Source: Vulcanimicrobiota bacterium (GTDB lineage Bacteria; Vulcanimicrobiota; Vulcanimicrobiia; Eremiobacterales; Eremiobacteraceae). Taken from it: 64,000 nt of DNA. The notes beneath the pieces were generated by a model. The model worked only from the letters and a program-made list of their open reading frames with translations, did not search any database and was not told where the DNA came from. How positions within the stretch are numbered: position 1 is the stretch's first letter; every line of letters begins with the position of its first letter. Made by a program: the position numbers and the translations under genes. The stretch lies in assembly GCA_963812135.1 (NCBI GenBank), contig CAWETU010000001.1, positions 704,001 through 768,000 on the forward strand. The letters run 5' to 3'. Below are positions 48,589 through 56,899 of the stretch, piece after piece.

Positions 48589-49200
48589 TCAAGCTATCGA
48601 GAGGGACGGAGGCGGGCGGTTGTAGAGCTGGCTGAACCAGATGAAATGCGGCAGGCCGAGCGGCGAGCGATCGCGCGATGCGACCAGCGCTGCGCCACGC
48701 GGCGTTGGCGTGACGAAGAAGGCGGCGATGGCGGCGGCGATCGAGGGAAGTCTGCGTCCGATCGCCCACGACGCGAGCCCCATGAAGATGACGGTCAGCG
48801 CCGCGCCGATAATGCCTGCGGCGATGTCGTGTCCGCAGAAGGGGCAACCTTCGCCGATCTGCGTCAGCAGCCCCAACGAAAGCTGCAGCCCCGCGGTGAG
48901 CGCGAAGAACGGACCGCGGCCGCGAAACGGCAGCGTCTCAAGACCGAGGTGCAGCTCACGTTTGAAATCTCTGCCGCCCGCGGATCTGCGCCACAGCGCG
49001 AGTGTCTGATGAAGGGCGACGCCGAACGCGAGCAGCCCCCCGATTCCCAGGTAGAGATGCTTTGGCGAGAGCGCGACGCTGTCTGCGTCGCTGCCCATCG
49101 CGAAAAACTCAGAAGCCAGGTGCGCGACGATGCTGCCGAGCACGACCAGTGCCAAATAGATCGGCACGAGTTGGTGTGGCGTGGAAGCCCGAGGTCGCAT
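48589..49200 (-). CDS. Multi-TM leader membrane protein with CxxC/His residues and C-terminal RPPP (start 49200 or 49227)
   Basis: Four hydrophobic segments, VAHLASE, KHLYL, GEGCPFCGHD, C-terminus LYNRPPPSLSIA. Confidence 0.75.
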   Translation of the reverse strand: MRPRASTPHQLVPIYLALVVLGSIVAHLASEFFAMGSDADSVALSPKHLYLGIGGLLAFGVALHQTLALWRRSAGGRDFKRELHLGLETLPFRGRGPFFALTAGLQLSLGLLTQIGEGCPFCGHDIAAGIIGAALTVIFMGLASWAIGRRLPSIAAAIAAFFVTPTPRGAALVASRDRSPLGLPHFIWFSQLYNRPPPSLSIA

Positions 49201-49241
49201 ACTCAATATATCGTCAGCCGGCAACATTTCTTGTGCCTGGC

Positions 49242-49264
49242 TTATTGAGAATCAATCGCAATAA
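49242..49264. promoter_or_regulatory. Second Zur/Fur-family operator
   Basis: TTATTGAGAAT-C-AATCGCAATAA; 9 of 11 positions symmetric; closely similar to 36831-36853. Confidence 0.75.
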
Positions 49265-49295
49265 GTCCTGCCGGCTTCTCGCTCCGAAGGTACGA

Positions 49296-50099
49296 CTACT
49301 TGGCGGGCCTCGGCGTTTCAGCTGCGGCGCCGAGCAGGCCCGGTTCCAGCCACATCCCGCCGTCTGCGACGAGGACCGCGCCGTTGACGTACGACGCGTC
49401 GTCGGAGAGCAAAAACGCCGCGGCAAGCGCCACTTCTTCGGGCGTCTCGAGGCGGCCGAGAGGCACCCGGCTTGCGATGCGGTTGCGGATCTCTTCCGTC
49501 GGAAAAAGTTTTTCGGCTGAACCCGGCGTGTTGACGACTCCAGGGCACAGCGCGTTCGTGCGGATGCCGTAACGACCCCACTCGACCGCCAGCGTTTGCG
49601 TCAGCGACACAACGCCTGCTTTTGCGGCGGCGGAATGGATCGTGCCCGGTCCGCCGGTCCACGCATAACTAGCGACGATGTTGAGGATGGAACCGCCGCG
49701 CCCCGCCGCGATCATCGCTTTGCCGGCCGCGCGCGCGCAATAAAACGTGCCGTTGAGCACGATGTTGATCACCGCATTCCAGCCATTGGGCGAGAGCTCT
49801 TCCGCGCGCACGATGAAGTTGCCGGCCGCGTTGTTGACAAGCGCGTCGATGCGGCCGTATTTGGCGACGACGCCGTCGACGAGCACTTGCACCTGATCCG
49901 GCACGCGCACGTCGGTCTGCGCCGACTCGGCGTCACCGCCTGCGGCGCGGATGCCGTCCACGGTTTCGGCGAGCGGTTCCGGGCGCCGGCCCGCGACGAC
50001 GATGCGTCCGCCAAGTCGCGCCAAGTGTTCTGCCATCGCGCGGCCCAAACCGGTCCCGCCGCCGGTGATGACAATCGTCTTGTCCTTGAAGTCAGGCAT
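49296..50099 (-). CDS. SDR oxidoreductase, 2,4-dienoyl-CoA reductase-like
   Basis: ITGGGTGLG, NNAAGNF, LSPNGWNAV, HSAAAKAG, DGG. Confidence 0.88.
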   Translation of the reverse strand: MPDFKDKTIVITGGGTGLGRAMAEHLARLGGRIVVAGRRPEPLAETVDGIRAAGGDAESAQTDVRVPDQVQVLVDGVVAKYGRIDALVNNAAGNFIVRAEELSPNGWNAVINIVLNGTFYCARAAGKAMIAAGRGGSILNIVASYAWTGGPGTIHSAAAKAGVVSLTQTLAVEWGRYGIRTNALCPGVVNTPGSAEKLFPTEEIRNRIASRVPLGRLETPEEVALAAAFLLSDDASYVNGAVLVADGGMWLEPGLLGAAAETPRPAK

Positions 50100-50157
50100 G
50101 GCGCGCCATTTGACGAAAGCGGGTGAAATCATGGCGCCTACCAAAAGTGGCGCGTGC

Positions 50158-50898
50158 ATGGACATCGCTGCGCCCAAGCGATACGTGAGCGGAGAGCGCG
50201 TCGCGCTCTTTTTACCATGTTATGGAGATCTGATCTATCCAGACGTCGGCCGGGCAATGGTCACGTTGTTCGCGCGTCTCGGCGTGCCGCTGGACTATCC
50301 GCTCGAGCAGACCTGTTGCGGACAACCGGCGTTCAACGCCGGACATTGGGATCAGGCTCGCACGGTCGCGCACCACTTCGCGCAGGTCTTCGGCGGCTAC
50401 GACTGGATCGTCGTGCCCTCCGGATCGTGTGCGGCGATGTGCAAGGTGTTCTACCCCTCGCTCGATCCTGCGCTGGCTGAGATCGGTGCACGCGTGTGGG
50501 AGCTGTCGACGTTCTTGGTGGATGCGCTTGGCACGATCGATGTCGGCGCGCGCTTTCCGTATTCGGTCGCGTATCACGATGGCTGCCATGCGCGCCGCGA
50601 ACTGAAAGTCGGCGACGCTCCGTTGCGGTTGCTGCGCGCGGTCAAAGATGCCCGCGTGCTCGACTTGCCGGCGCAAGACGAGTGCTGCGGATTCGGCGGT
50701 CTCTTCAGCGTCAAGTTCGACGAGCTGTCGGCCTCGATGGGCGAGCGCAAGTGCGCGAACGTCCGCGCCAGCGGCGCCGAGGTGCTCGTCTCGGCAGATT
50801 CGAGCTGCCTCATGCAGATCGGCGGCTTGCTGGCACGCGATCCAGCGACGCGCACCATGCGCACCATGCACCTGGCGCAAGTGTTGGCTTCGACGTGA
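50158..50898 (+). CDS. lutA: Lactate utilization protein A (CCG Fe-S protein)
   Basis: QTCCGQP, PSGSCAAM, YHDGCH, ECCGFGG, DSSCLMQI. Confidence 0.9.
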   Translation: MDIAAPKRYVSGERVALFLPCYGDLIYPDVGRAMVTLFARLGVPLDYPLEQTCCGQPAFNAGHWDQARTVAHHFAQVFGGYDWIVVPSGSCAAMCKVFYPSLDPALAEIGARVWELSTFLVDALGTIDVGARFPYSVAYHDGCHARRELKVGDAPLRLLRAVKDARVLDLPAQDECCGFGGLFSVKFDELSASMGERKCANVRASGAEVLVSADSSCLMQIGGLLARDPATRTMRTMHLAQVLAST

Positions 50899-52262
50899 TC
50901 CACTATAACAAGCGGGCGGTGCACGCCGACCTGACGCATCCGCATGGCCCGCCAGGACTTCCGCAGACGATGGAGCGCATCGTCGCCGACAAGCACGCCG
51001 CGCAAACGCAAGTGCCGTGGCAGGAGCTGCGCGCGCGGGTGCACGCGATCAAAGAGTATGCCATCGCGAATCTCGACTGGCTGCTCGTCGAATTCGAGAA
51101 GCAATTCACCGCCCGCGGCGGCACAGTGCTCTGGGCGCGCAGCGCGGACGAGGGCGCAGCGCTTTTCTTGGACATCTGCCGGCGCCACGACGTGCGGTCG
51201 GTCGTCAAGGGCAAGTCGATGCTGTCCGAAGAGCTCGAGCTCAACGAGCGGCTCGAGGCTGTCGGCATCGAAGCGGTCGAAACGGATCTCGGCGAATACA
51301 TCGTGCAGCTCGCGGGCCAAAAGCCTTCGCACATCATCGCGCCGGCGCTGCACCTCTCGCGTCAGGACATCGGCAAACTGTTCGCGACCAAGCTCGGCAT
51401 CCCGTACACGGACGATCCTGAGGCGCTGCTCGCGGCGGCGCGCACGCGCCTGCGGCGCAAGTACCTCGAAGCGGGGCTCGGCATGACCGGCGTCAACTTC
51501 GCGATCGCGGAAACCGGCACGGTCGTCACGGTTGAGAACGAAGGCAACCAAGCGCTCTCGGCGGCCGCGCCGCCGGTGTATGTCGCGTTGATGGGGATCG
51601 AGAAAGTCATCCCGCGGCTGATGGACCTGCCGCCGTTCCTCCACGTGCTCGCGCGCGCGGCGACCGGACAGAAACTGTCGGTCTACACGCACCATTTCCT
51701 CGGCCCGGAAGACGGCCGCACGTGGTATTGCATCATCATCGACGCGGGTCGAACCAAAGTGCTCGCCGATCCGGCGACGCGCGAATCGCTCTACTGCATC
51801 CGCTGCGGCGCGTGCATGAACGTGTGTCCGATCTACCGGCGCGTCGGCGGCTGGGCATATGGGTGGGTGTATCCGGGACCGATCGGTTCGGTCGAGACGC
51901 CGCAGATGATCGGCGTCGACAAAGCCGGTGAATTGCCGTTCGCCTCCACGCTGTGCGGCGCGTGCCAGGAAGAATGTCCGGTCAACATCGACCTGCCGCA
52001 TCAGTTGGTGCACATGCGCAACAAAGCGGTGGAGGCGAAAGCTGCGGGATCGCTGGCCGAGCGCGTCGCGTTCTCCGCTTGGGCGGATGCGATGTCGAGT
52101 TTGCCGGCGTACCGTCGCGCCACACGGCTCGCGCGTTCGGGAGTCGGCGCGCTCAGCAAGGTCGGCTGGCGGCCGGGGCCGCTGCGCGCCTGGGCGAAGC
52201 ATCGCGAGGTGCCGGTGCTGGCCCGCGAGACGTTCAAAGAATGGTGGGAGAAGCGGACATGA
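50895..52262 (+). CDS. lutB: Lactate utilization protein B
   Basis: VKGKSM, ETDLGEYIVQL, PSHIIAPALH, ENEGN, CIRCGACMNVCP, STLCGACQEECP. Confidence 0.92.
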   Translation: MIHYNKRAVHADLTHPHGPPGLPQTMERIVADKHAAQTQVPWQELRARVHAIKEYAIANLDWLLVEFEKQFTARGGTVLWARSADEGAALFLDICRRHDVRSVVKGKSMLSEELELNERLEAVGIEAVETDLGEYIVQLAGQKPSHIIAPALHLSRQDIGKLFATKLGIPYTDDPEALLAAARTRLRRKYLEAGLGMTGVNFAIAETGTVVTVENEGNQALSAAAPPVYVALMGIEKVIPRLMDLPPFLHVLARAATGQKLSVYTHHFLGPEDGRTWYCIIIDAGRTKVLADPATRESLYCIRCGACMNVCPIYRRVGGWAYGWVYPGPIGSVETPQMIGVDKAGELPFASTLCGACQEECPVNIDLPHQLVHMRNKAVEAKAAGSLAERVAFSAWADAMSSLPAYRRATRLARSGVGALSKVGWRPGPLRAWAKHREVPVLARETFKEWWEKRT

Positions 52263-52660
52263 GCCGCTCGCCAGCGGCCCGCTTGGCGCTCGCGCTCCTT
52301 TTGATCGGCGCGCTTGCCGGCTGCTCCGCTCCCGCGAAGAGCCGCGAGATCGCTCTGCCATCCGGCGAAAAGCTGAAGGTGATCAACGAGAAGTTCGATT
52401 CGTTCACGAACGTGAGCGGTGAGCCCAAGCGCATCTATTCGATCGAATACATCACGCCGCTGCCCATGACCGATGTCCGCGCCTTGCAAGAAGAGGCGCA
52501 CGAGGTGTTGGTCTCGCGCGACGATCGCATCGGCAAAGCGGACTACACGACGGTCGTCATCACGCCCATGAAACGCACGACCGGCGGCAGCATGGAGGGC
52601 TATCCGATGTATTTCAAGCGCTCCGTGACCGGCGTGTGGATCCTCGAGCGAGAGCAATGA
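52259..52660 (+). CDS. Hypothetical lipoprotein inserted between lutB and lutC
   Basis: Lipobox LAGC; 4-bp overlaps with both neighbours. Confidence 0.7.
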   Translation: MSRSPAARLALALLLIGALAGCSAPAKSREIALPSGEKLKVINEKFDSFTNVSGEPKRIYSIEYITPLPMTDVRALQEEAHEVLVSRDDRIGKADYTTVVITPMKRTTGGSMEGYPMYFKRSVTGVWILEREQ

Positions 52661-53334
52661 AAGATTCCCCGGCGGCGCGCGTTGAGATCTTGCGCGCGAT
52701 CAAGACCGCCTTGCAAGGCGAGCCCGCGCACCAGTTGCCCGCGCCCACGCCCGTCTTCCCACCGCAGCCTTCGATGAACTATGGTGCCCTCACGGAATCA
52801 TTCCGTCGCGAGCTCGAGGCGCTCAAGGGCGAGGTCATCCTCGTGCAGACGCCTGCCTCGCTGCCGCGCGCGCTCGCGTTGTTGCTGGCGCAACGCGGGC
52901 TCAACGTCGCAGCGGTGGAGAACTCGACGCTCGTCAGCGCCGCACTCGTCCAAGTGCCCGGCGATAGGTTTTTTCAAGCGGCGGGCGCTTCGCGCGAACG
53001 CATCGAGGCGGCTGACTGCGGCATCATCCAAGCCGAGGCGCTGCTCGCGGATACCGGCTCGGTCGTGGCGATCTTCAAGACGCGCGGCGAACGGTTGCTG
53101 CCCTACCTGCCGCCGACGTGCATCGTCTTAGCGGCTGAGGAGCGTTTGCGGCCGCATATGGATGATGAGGCGGTACGCGCGCTGTACGCCGCGGCGCGCG
53201 ACGGCGCCAAAGGCGAAGGCGTGATCATCACCGGCCCAAGTCGGTCGGCGGACATCGAGAAGGTGCTCGTGCTCGGCGCACATGGTCCGCGAGCGCTCAT
53301 CGTTCTGATCGTGGGCGCAGCCGCCAACGCGTGA
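52657..53334 (+). CDS. lutC: Lactate utilization protein C (LUD domain)
   Basis: LADTGSV, LPP, ITGPSRSADIE, GAHGP. Confidence 0.88.
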   Translation: MKDSPAARVEILRAIKTALQGEPAHQLPAPTPVFPPQPSMNYGALTESFRRELEALKGEVILVQTPASLPRALALLLAQRGLNVAAVENSTLVSAALVQVPGDRFFQAAGASRERIEAADCGIIQAEALLADTGSVVAIFKTRGERLLPYLPPTCIVLAAEERLRPHMDDEAVRALYAAARDGAKGEGVIITGPSRSADIEKVLVLGAHGPRALIVLIVGAAANA

Positions 53335-53750
53335 TCGCGCTCAAGCAGTGGCTCGCGCCTGTGCGCATCGCAGCGTACTTGTTAATCGCCGAAGGAGTCA
53401 TCCTCGCGGTCAACGCCACCGAGACCATGTCTCACGTTCTACGCCAGTGGGGGTCCCAACCCGAACGCGTCGGGGTCGGCCCATTGCTCCTCTATCTCGT
53501 GCTCGGTCTGGCGTACATCTGCATCGGATCGGGGATTCTCTACGGCATGCAGATATGGAGAGCGATCGGCGCGATGATGATCGGATTATCTTTGGGTGGA
53601 GGATTAGCGATAATCGCGGCCACTTATTGGCCTCTTGGTCGGCTGGCGTGGGACTCTGAACTGCTTTTCACGCTCGCTGGGCTCGCGCTACTGGGATTCC
53701 AGTTGTGGGCAGTGACGAACGTCGAGGCCCGAGCCTACTGCTGTCGCTGA
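53331..53750 (+). CDS. Hypothetical four-TM membrane protein
   Basis: Hydrophobic ORF of lower GC, overlapping the lutC stop. Confidence 0.6.
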   Translation: MIALKQWLAPVRIAAYLLIAEGVILAVNATETMSHVLRQWGSQPERVGVGPLLLYLVLGLAYICIGSGILYGMQIWRAIGAMMIGLSLGGGLAIIAATYWPLGRLAWDSELLFTLAGLALLGFQLWAVTNVEARAYCCR

Positions 53751-54905
53751 TCAGTATCGCGGCAGCGACGGGTCGATCTCCAAGCTCCACGCATCGATTC
53801 CGCCGGCGAGATTCTTCGCCTTCGCGAATCCGGCCTTGCGCAGCATCTGCGTCGCGCGCGCGCTGCGCGCGCCGCTGTGGCAATACACGACGATCTCGGC
53901 GTTCTTGTCGAGCTCTTTCATGCGATCGCCGAACTCGGGCATCTGATGCCAGCGCGTGTACGGCAGTTTGGCGACCGCGAGTTCGTCCGCTCGGCGCACG
54001 TCCACCAGTTCGAAGCGCTCGCCCGCATCGAGCTTCGCCTTGAGCTGCTGCACGGTCATCTCGAAGTCATCCATGTCGTTCCTCACGATCGGTGCATCGC
54101 CGCACAGGCGATCGTAGTCGACGAGCCCGGTGATGGTCGGATGCTCGCCGCAGATCGGGCAACGCGGATCCTTGCGCAGCTTCAATTCGCGAAAGCGCAT
54201 CTCGAGCGCGTCGAACAGCAACAGCCGGCCCAGCAGCGATTCGCCCGCGCCGACGATCAGCTTGATCGTCTCGGTCGCCTGGATCAGCCCGATGATGCCC
54301 GGCAATACGCCGAGAACACCGGCTTGCGCGCACGACGGTACTTCACCGGGCGGCGGCGGTTGCGGGAAGATGCAGCGATAGCACGGGCCGCGTCGCGCGT
54401 CGAACACCGACGCTTGCCCTTCAAAGCGGTAGACTGAACCGTAGACGGTCGGCTTGCCCAGCAACACGCAGGCGTCGTTCACGAGATAGCGGGTCGCGAA
54501 ATTGTCGCTACCGTCGACCACGACGTCATACGGAGTCAAGATGTCGAACGCATTCACGCTCGTGAGCTGGACGCCGTATCCCTCGACGCTCACGTTCGGA
54601 TTGATTTCGGCGATGGTGCGGGTCGCAGACTCGATCTTGGACCGGCCCGTCATGCCGGTCGAGTGCAGCACCTGGCGATGAAGATTGGAAAGTTCGACGG
54701 TGTCGTAATCGACGATTCCCAACGTGCCAAGGCCTGCCGCCGCGAGATACAAGCCCAGCGGCGATCCGAGTCCGCCTGCACCGACAAGCAACACTCGCGC
54801 ATCTTTGAGACGTGCTTGACCCGCCTGGCCGATCTCGGGCAGGATGAGATGACGCCCGTAGCGGGCTTGCTCTTCGCGGGTCAGTTCGGTGGTGTGCGTC
54901 GCCAT
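53751..54905 (-). CDS. moeB: Molybdopterin-synthase adenylyltransferase MoeB with C-terminal rhodanese (MoeZ-type)
   Basis: RYGRHL, VGAGGLGSP, SNLHRQ, GSDNF, CYRC, CPIC, YCHSGARS. Confidence 0.92.
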   Translation of the reverse strand: MATHTTELTREEQARYGRHLILPEIGQAGQARLKDARVLLVGAGGLGSPLGLYLAAAGLGTLGIVDYDTVELSNLHRQVLHSTGMTGRSKIESATRTIAEINPNVSVEGYGVQLTSVNAFDILTPYDVVVDGSDNFATRYLVNDACVLLGKPTVYGSVYRFEGQASVFDARRGPCYRCIFPQPPPPGEVPSCAQAGVLGVLPGIIGLIQATETIKLIVGAGESLLGRLLLFDALEMRFRELKLRKDPRCPICGEHPTITGLVDYDRLCGDAPIVRNDMDDFEMTVQQLKAKLDAGERFELVDVRRADELAVAKLPYTRWHQMPEFGDRMKELDKNAEIVVYCHSGARSARATQMLRKAGFAKAKNLAGGIDAWSLEIDPSLPRY

Positions 54906-54958
54906 CGGAGGATCAAGCTTCGCCGCGAGCCGAGCTTGGTCCGCCGTCGTGTGAAGGT

Positions 54959-55654
54959 CTAGGCTCGAGCGGCTGCGGGACTGCTTCTGCCGAGCACGTT
55001 CCAGAGAAGTGCCGCGATGATGCCGCCCAGGATCGGCGCGACGAAGAAGAGCCACAACTCAGTCGTGTACGGGCTTCCTGCATAGAGCGCCGGGCCGAGG
55101 CTGCGGGCCGGATTGATCGAGGCGTTGGTCACCGGGATCGCGACGAAGTTGCCGACCGCTAATGCGACGCCGATCGCGACCCCCGCGAAGCCCGCCGGAG
55201 CCGCCGCGGATGTCGAGCCGAGCACCGTGAAGACGAGCACGAACGTCGCGATGACCTCCACGATCAGCGCGCCGACGATCCCGGCGCCGATCGCCGATTC
55301 GTCGCCGTAGCCGTTGGCGACCGCCGCCGCCATGCTCGTGTCATACTTGCCGCTCGCGTAGAGCACCGTCACCAGCGTGCCCCAGCCGCACGTTCCGCCG
55401 AGCAGCTGCGCGACGATGTACCAGATCGAATCCGCCCACGCGAACCGTTTGGCGACGCACAACCCGATCGTCACCGCGGGATTGACATGGCAACCCGAGA
55501 TCGGGCCGATGGAGTAGACCAAAGCCATCAGGGTAAGGCCGAACGCCAGCGCAATGCCGGCGTGCCCGATGTTCTTGCCGTCGTAGAACGCAGTGCCGAT
55601 GCCGACGAACATGAGCACGAACGTGCCGACGAATTCAGCGATATAACGATTCAT
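54959..55654 (-). CDS. MIP family aquaporin (AqpZ-like)
   Basis: AEFVGT, ISGCHVNPAVT, SINPARS. Confidence 0.92.
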   Translation of the reverse strand: MNRYIAEFVGTFVLMFVGIGTAFYDGKNIGHAGIALAFGLTLMALVYSIGPISGCHVNPAVTIGLCVAKRFAWADSIWYIVAQLLGGTCGWGTLVTVLYASGKYDTSMAAAVANGYGDESAIGAGIVGALIVEVIATFVLVFTVLGSTSAAAPAGFAGVAIGVALAVGNFVAIPVTNASINPARSLGPALYAGSPYTTELWLFFVAPILGGIIAALLWNVLGRSSPAAARA

Positions 55655-55724
55655 GGCACCCCCAAAAGAAGAAGGCCGAGCGTTGTGCTCGGCCCGTTTG
55701 TCCGCGATGGCGCAGTTTCCTACG

Positions 55725-56573
55725 TCAAACGTTCTTCTCGATCGGGACGCCGATGAGGTTGCCGTACTCGGTCCATGATCCATCGTAGTTCACGACGTCG
55801 TCAAGCCCGAGCAGATATTTGAGCACGAACCACGTATGCGACGAGCGCTCGCCGATGCGGCAATATGCGATCGTCGGACGCGACGCATCGAGCCCTTTGG
55901 ATTCGTAGAGTTTGCGCAGCTCGTCGCGCGACTTGAACGTCCCGTCTTCGTTGACCGCCTGCGCCCACGGTACGTTGATCGCGCCCGGGATGTGGCCCGC
56001 GCGTTGCGCGGTCTCGGGCATGCCGGGCGGCGCGATGATCTCGCCGGTGAATTCGGGCACCGAGCGCACGTCGACGAGATTGCGCGAGCGGTCGCGCGCG
56101 GTTTGCAGAACGAGATCGCGCGAGGCGCGCAGATCGGCGTTGATTTTGCCGACCTTGTACGACGTCGCCGGGTACGAGGGCACGTCGCTGGTCAACGGCC
56201 GGTTCTCGGCGACCCATTTCTTGCGGCCGCCATCGACGAGCACGACCTTGTCGTGACCATAGTACTTGAGCAGCCACAACGCGAACGCGGCGAACCAGTT
56301 GTTGTTGTCGCCGTACAACACGACCGTCGTGTCGTTGGCAATGCCCGCCGCGGAGAGAAGCTTTTCAAACTCTTCCTTGGTTGGGATGTCGCGCCGCACG
56401 CGGTCGTTGAGCTGCGTCTGCCAGTTGAAACCGACCGCGCCGCGCAGATGGCCTTTGTCGTATTCGGCCGTATCGACGTCGACTTCGACGAAGCGCAGGC
56501 TCGTGTCGTTGAGGTGGGCTTGCGCCCAGTCGGTGCTGACCAGATTTTCGGTCGGTGCAAGAGTGCTTGCCAT
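55725..56573 (-). CDS. Tandem-rhodanese thiosulfate sulfurtransferase
   Basis: LVSTDW, YGDNNNWFAA, GHIPGA, YCRIGERS, YDGSWTEYG. Confidence 0.93.
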   Translation of the reverse strand: MASTLAPTENLVSTDWAQAHLNDTSLRFVEVDVDTAEYDKGHLRGAVGFNWQTQLNDRVRRDIPTKEEFEKLLSAAGIANDTTVVLYGDNNNWFAAFALWLLKYYGHDKVVLVDGGRKKWVAENRPLTSDVPSYPATSYKVGKINADLRASRDLVLQTARDRSRNLVDVRSVPEFTGEIIAPPGMPETAQRAGHIPGAINVPWAQAVNEDGTFKSRDELRKLYESKGLDASRPTIAYCRIGERSSHTWFVLKYLLGLDDVVNYDGSWTEYGNLIGVPIEKNV

Positions 56574-56641
56574 GGGATCTTCCTCACTTTGGCGGTGTGC
56601 CGGCAGGGCGGTCGCGTCAGCGCCCCGTACTACCGGCGGCT

Positions 56642-56836
56642 ATGGATGAAACTCCAGAACGGATCCTAGACTTGCGGCACCTCGGCCGCGTCGACGATAA
56701 GGAAATGCCGATCGAATCGCCGGGAATGGAGATGGCTAAGCCAGGCAATCCCGATCTTCGTCGGCGCAAGTACACTGTTCCAGTCCCGGGCTCGGAAGAA
56801 ACCGTGCCCTTCGATCCGCCCCAAACCGAACGCTGA
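56642..56836 (+). CDS. Small hypothetical protein
   Basis: 64-aa ORF (MDETPERILDLRHLGRVDD...) filling the intergenic gap. Confidence 0.4.
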   Translation: MDETPERILDLRHLGRVDDKEMPIESPGMEMAKPGNPDLRRRKYTVPVPGSEETVPFDPPQTER

Positions 56837-56899
56837 CCGTTTTCCGTCCGCTGTTCTTTGCAGGGCGCGCTGCGCGTCTATCTAATTGCATCTATTGCT

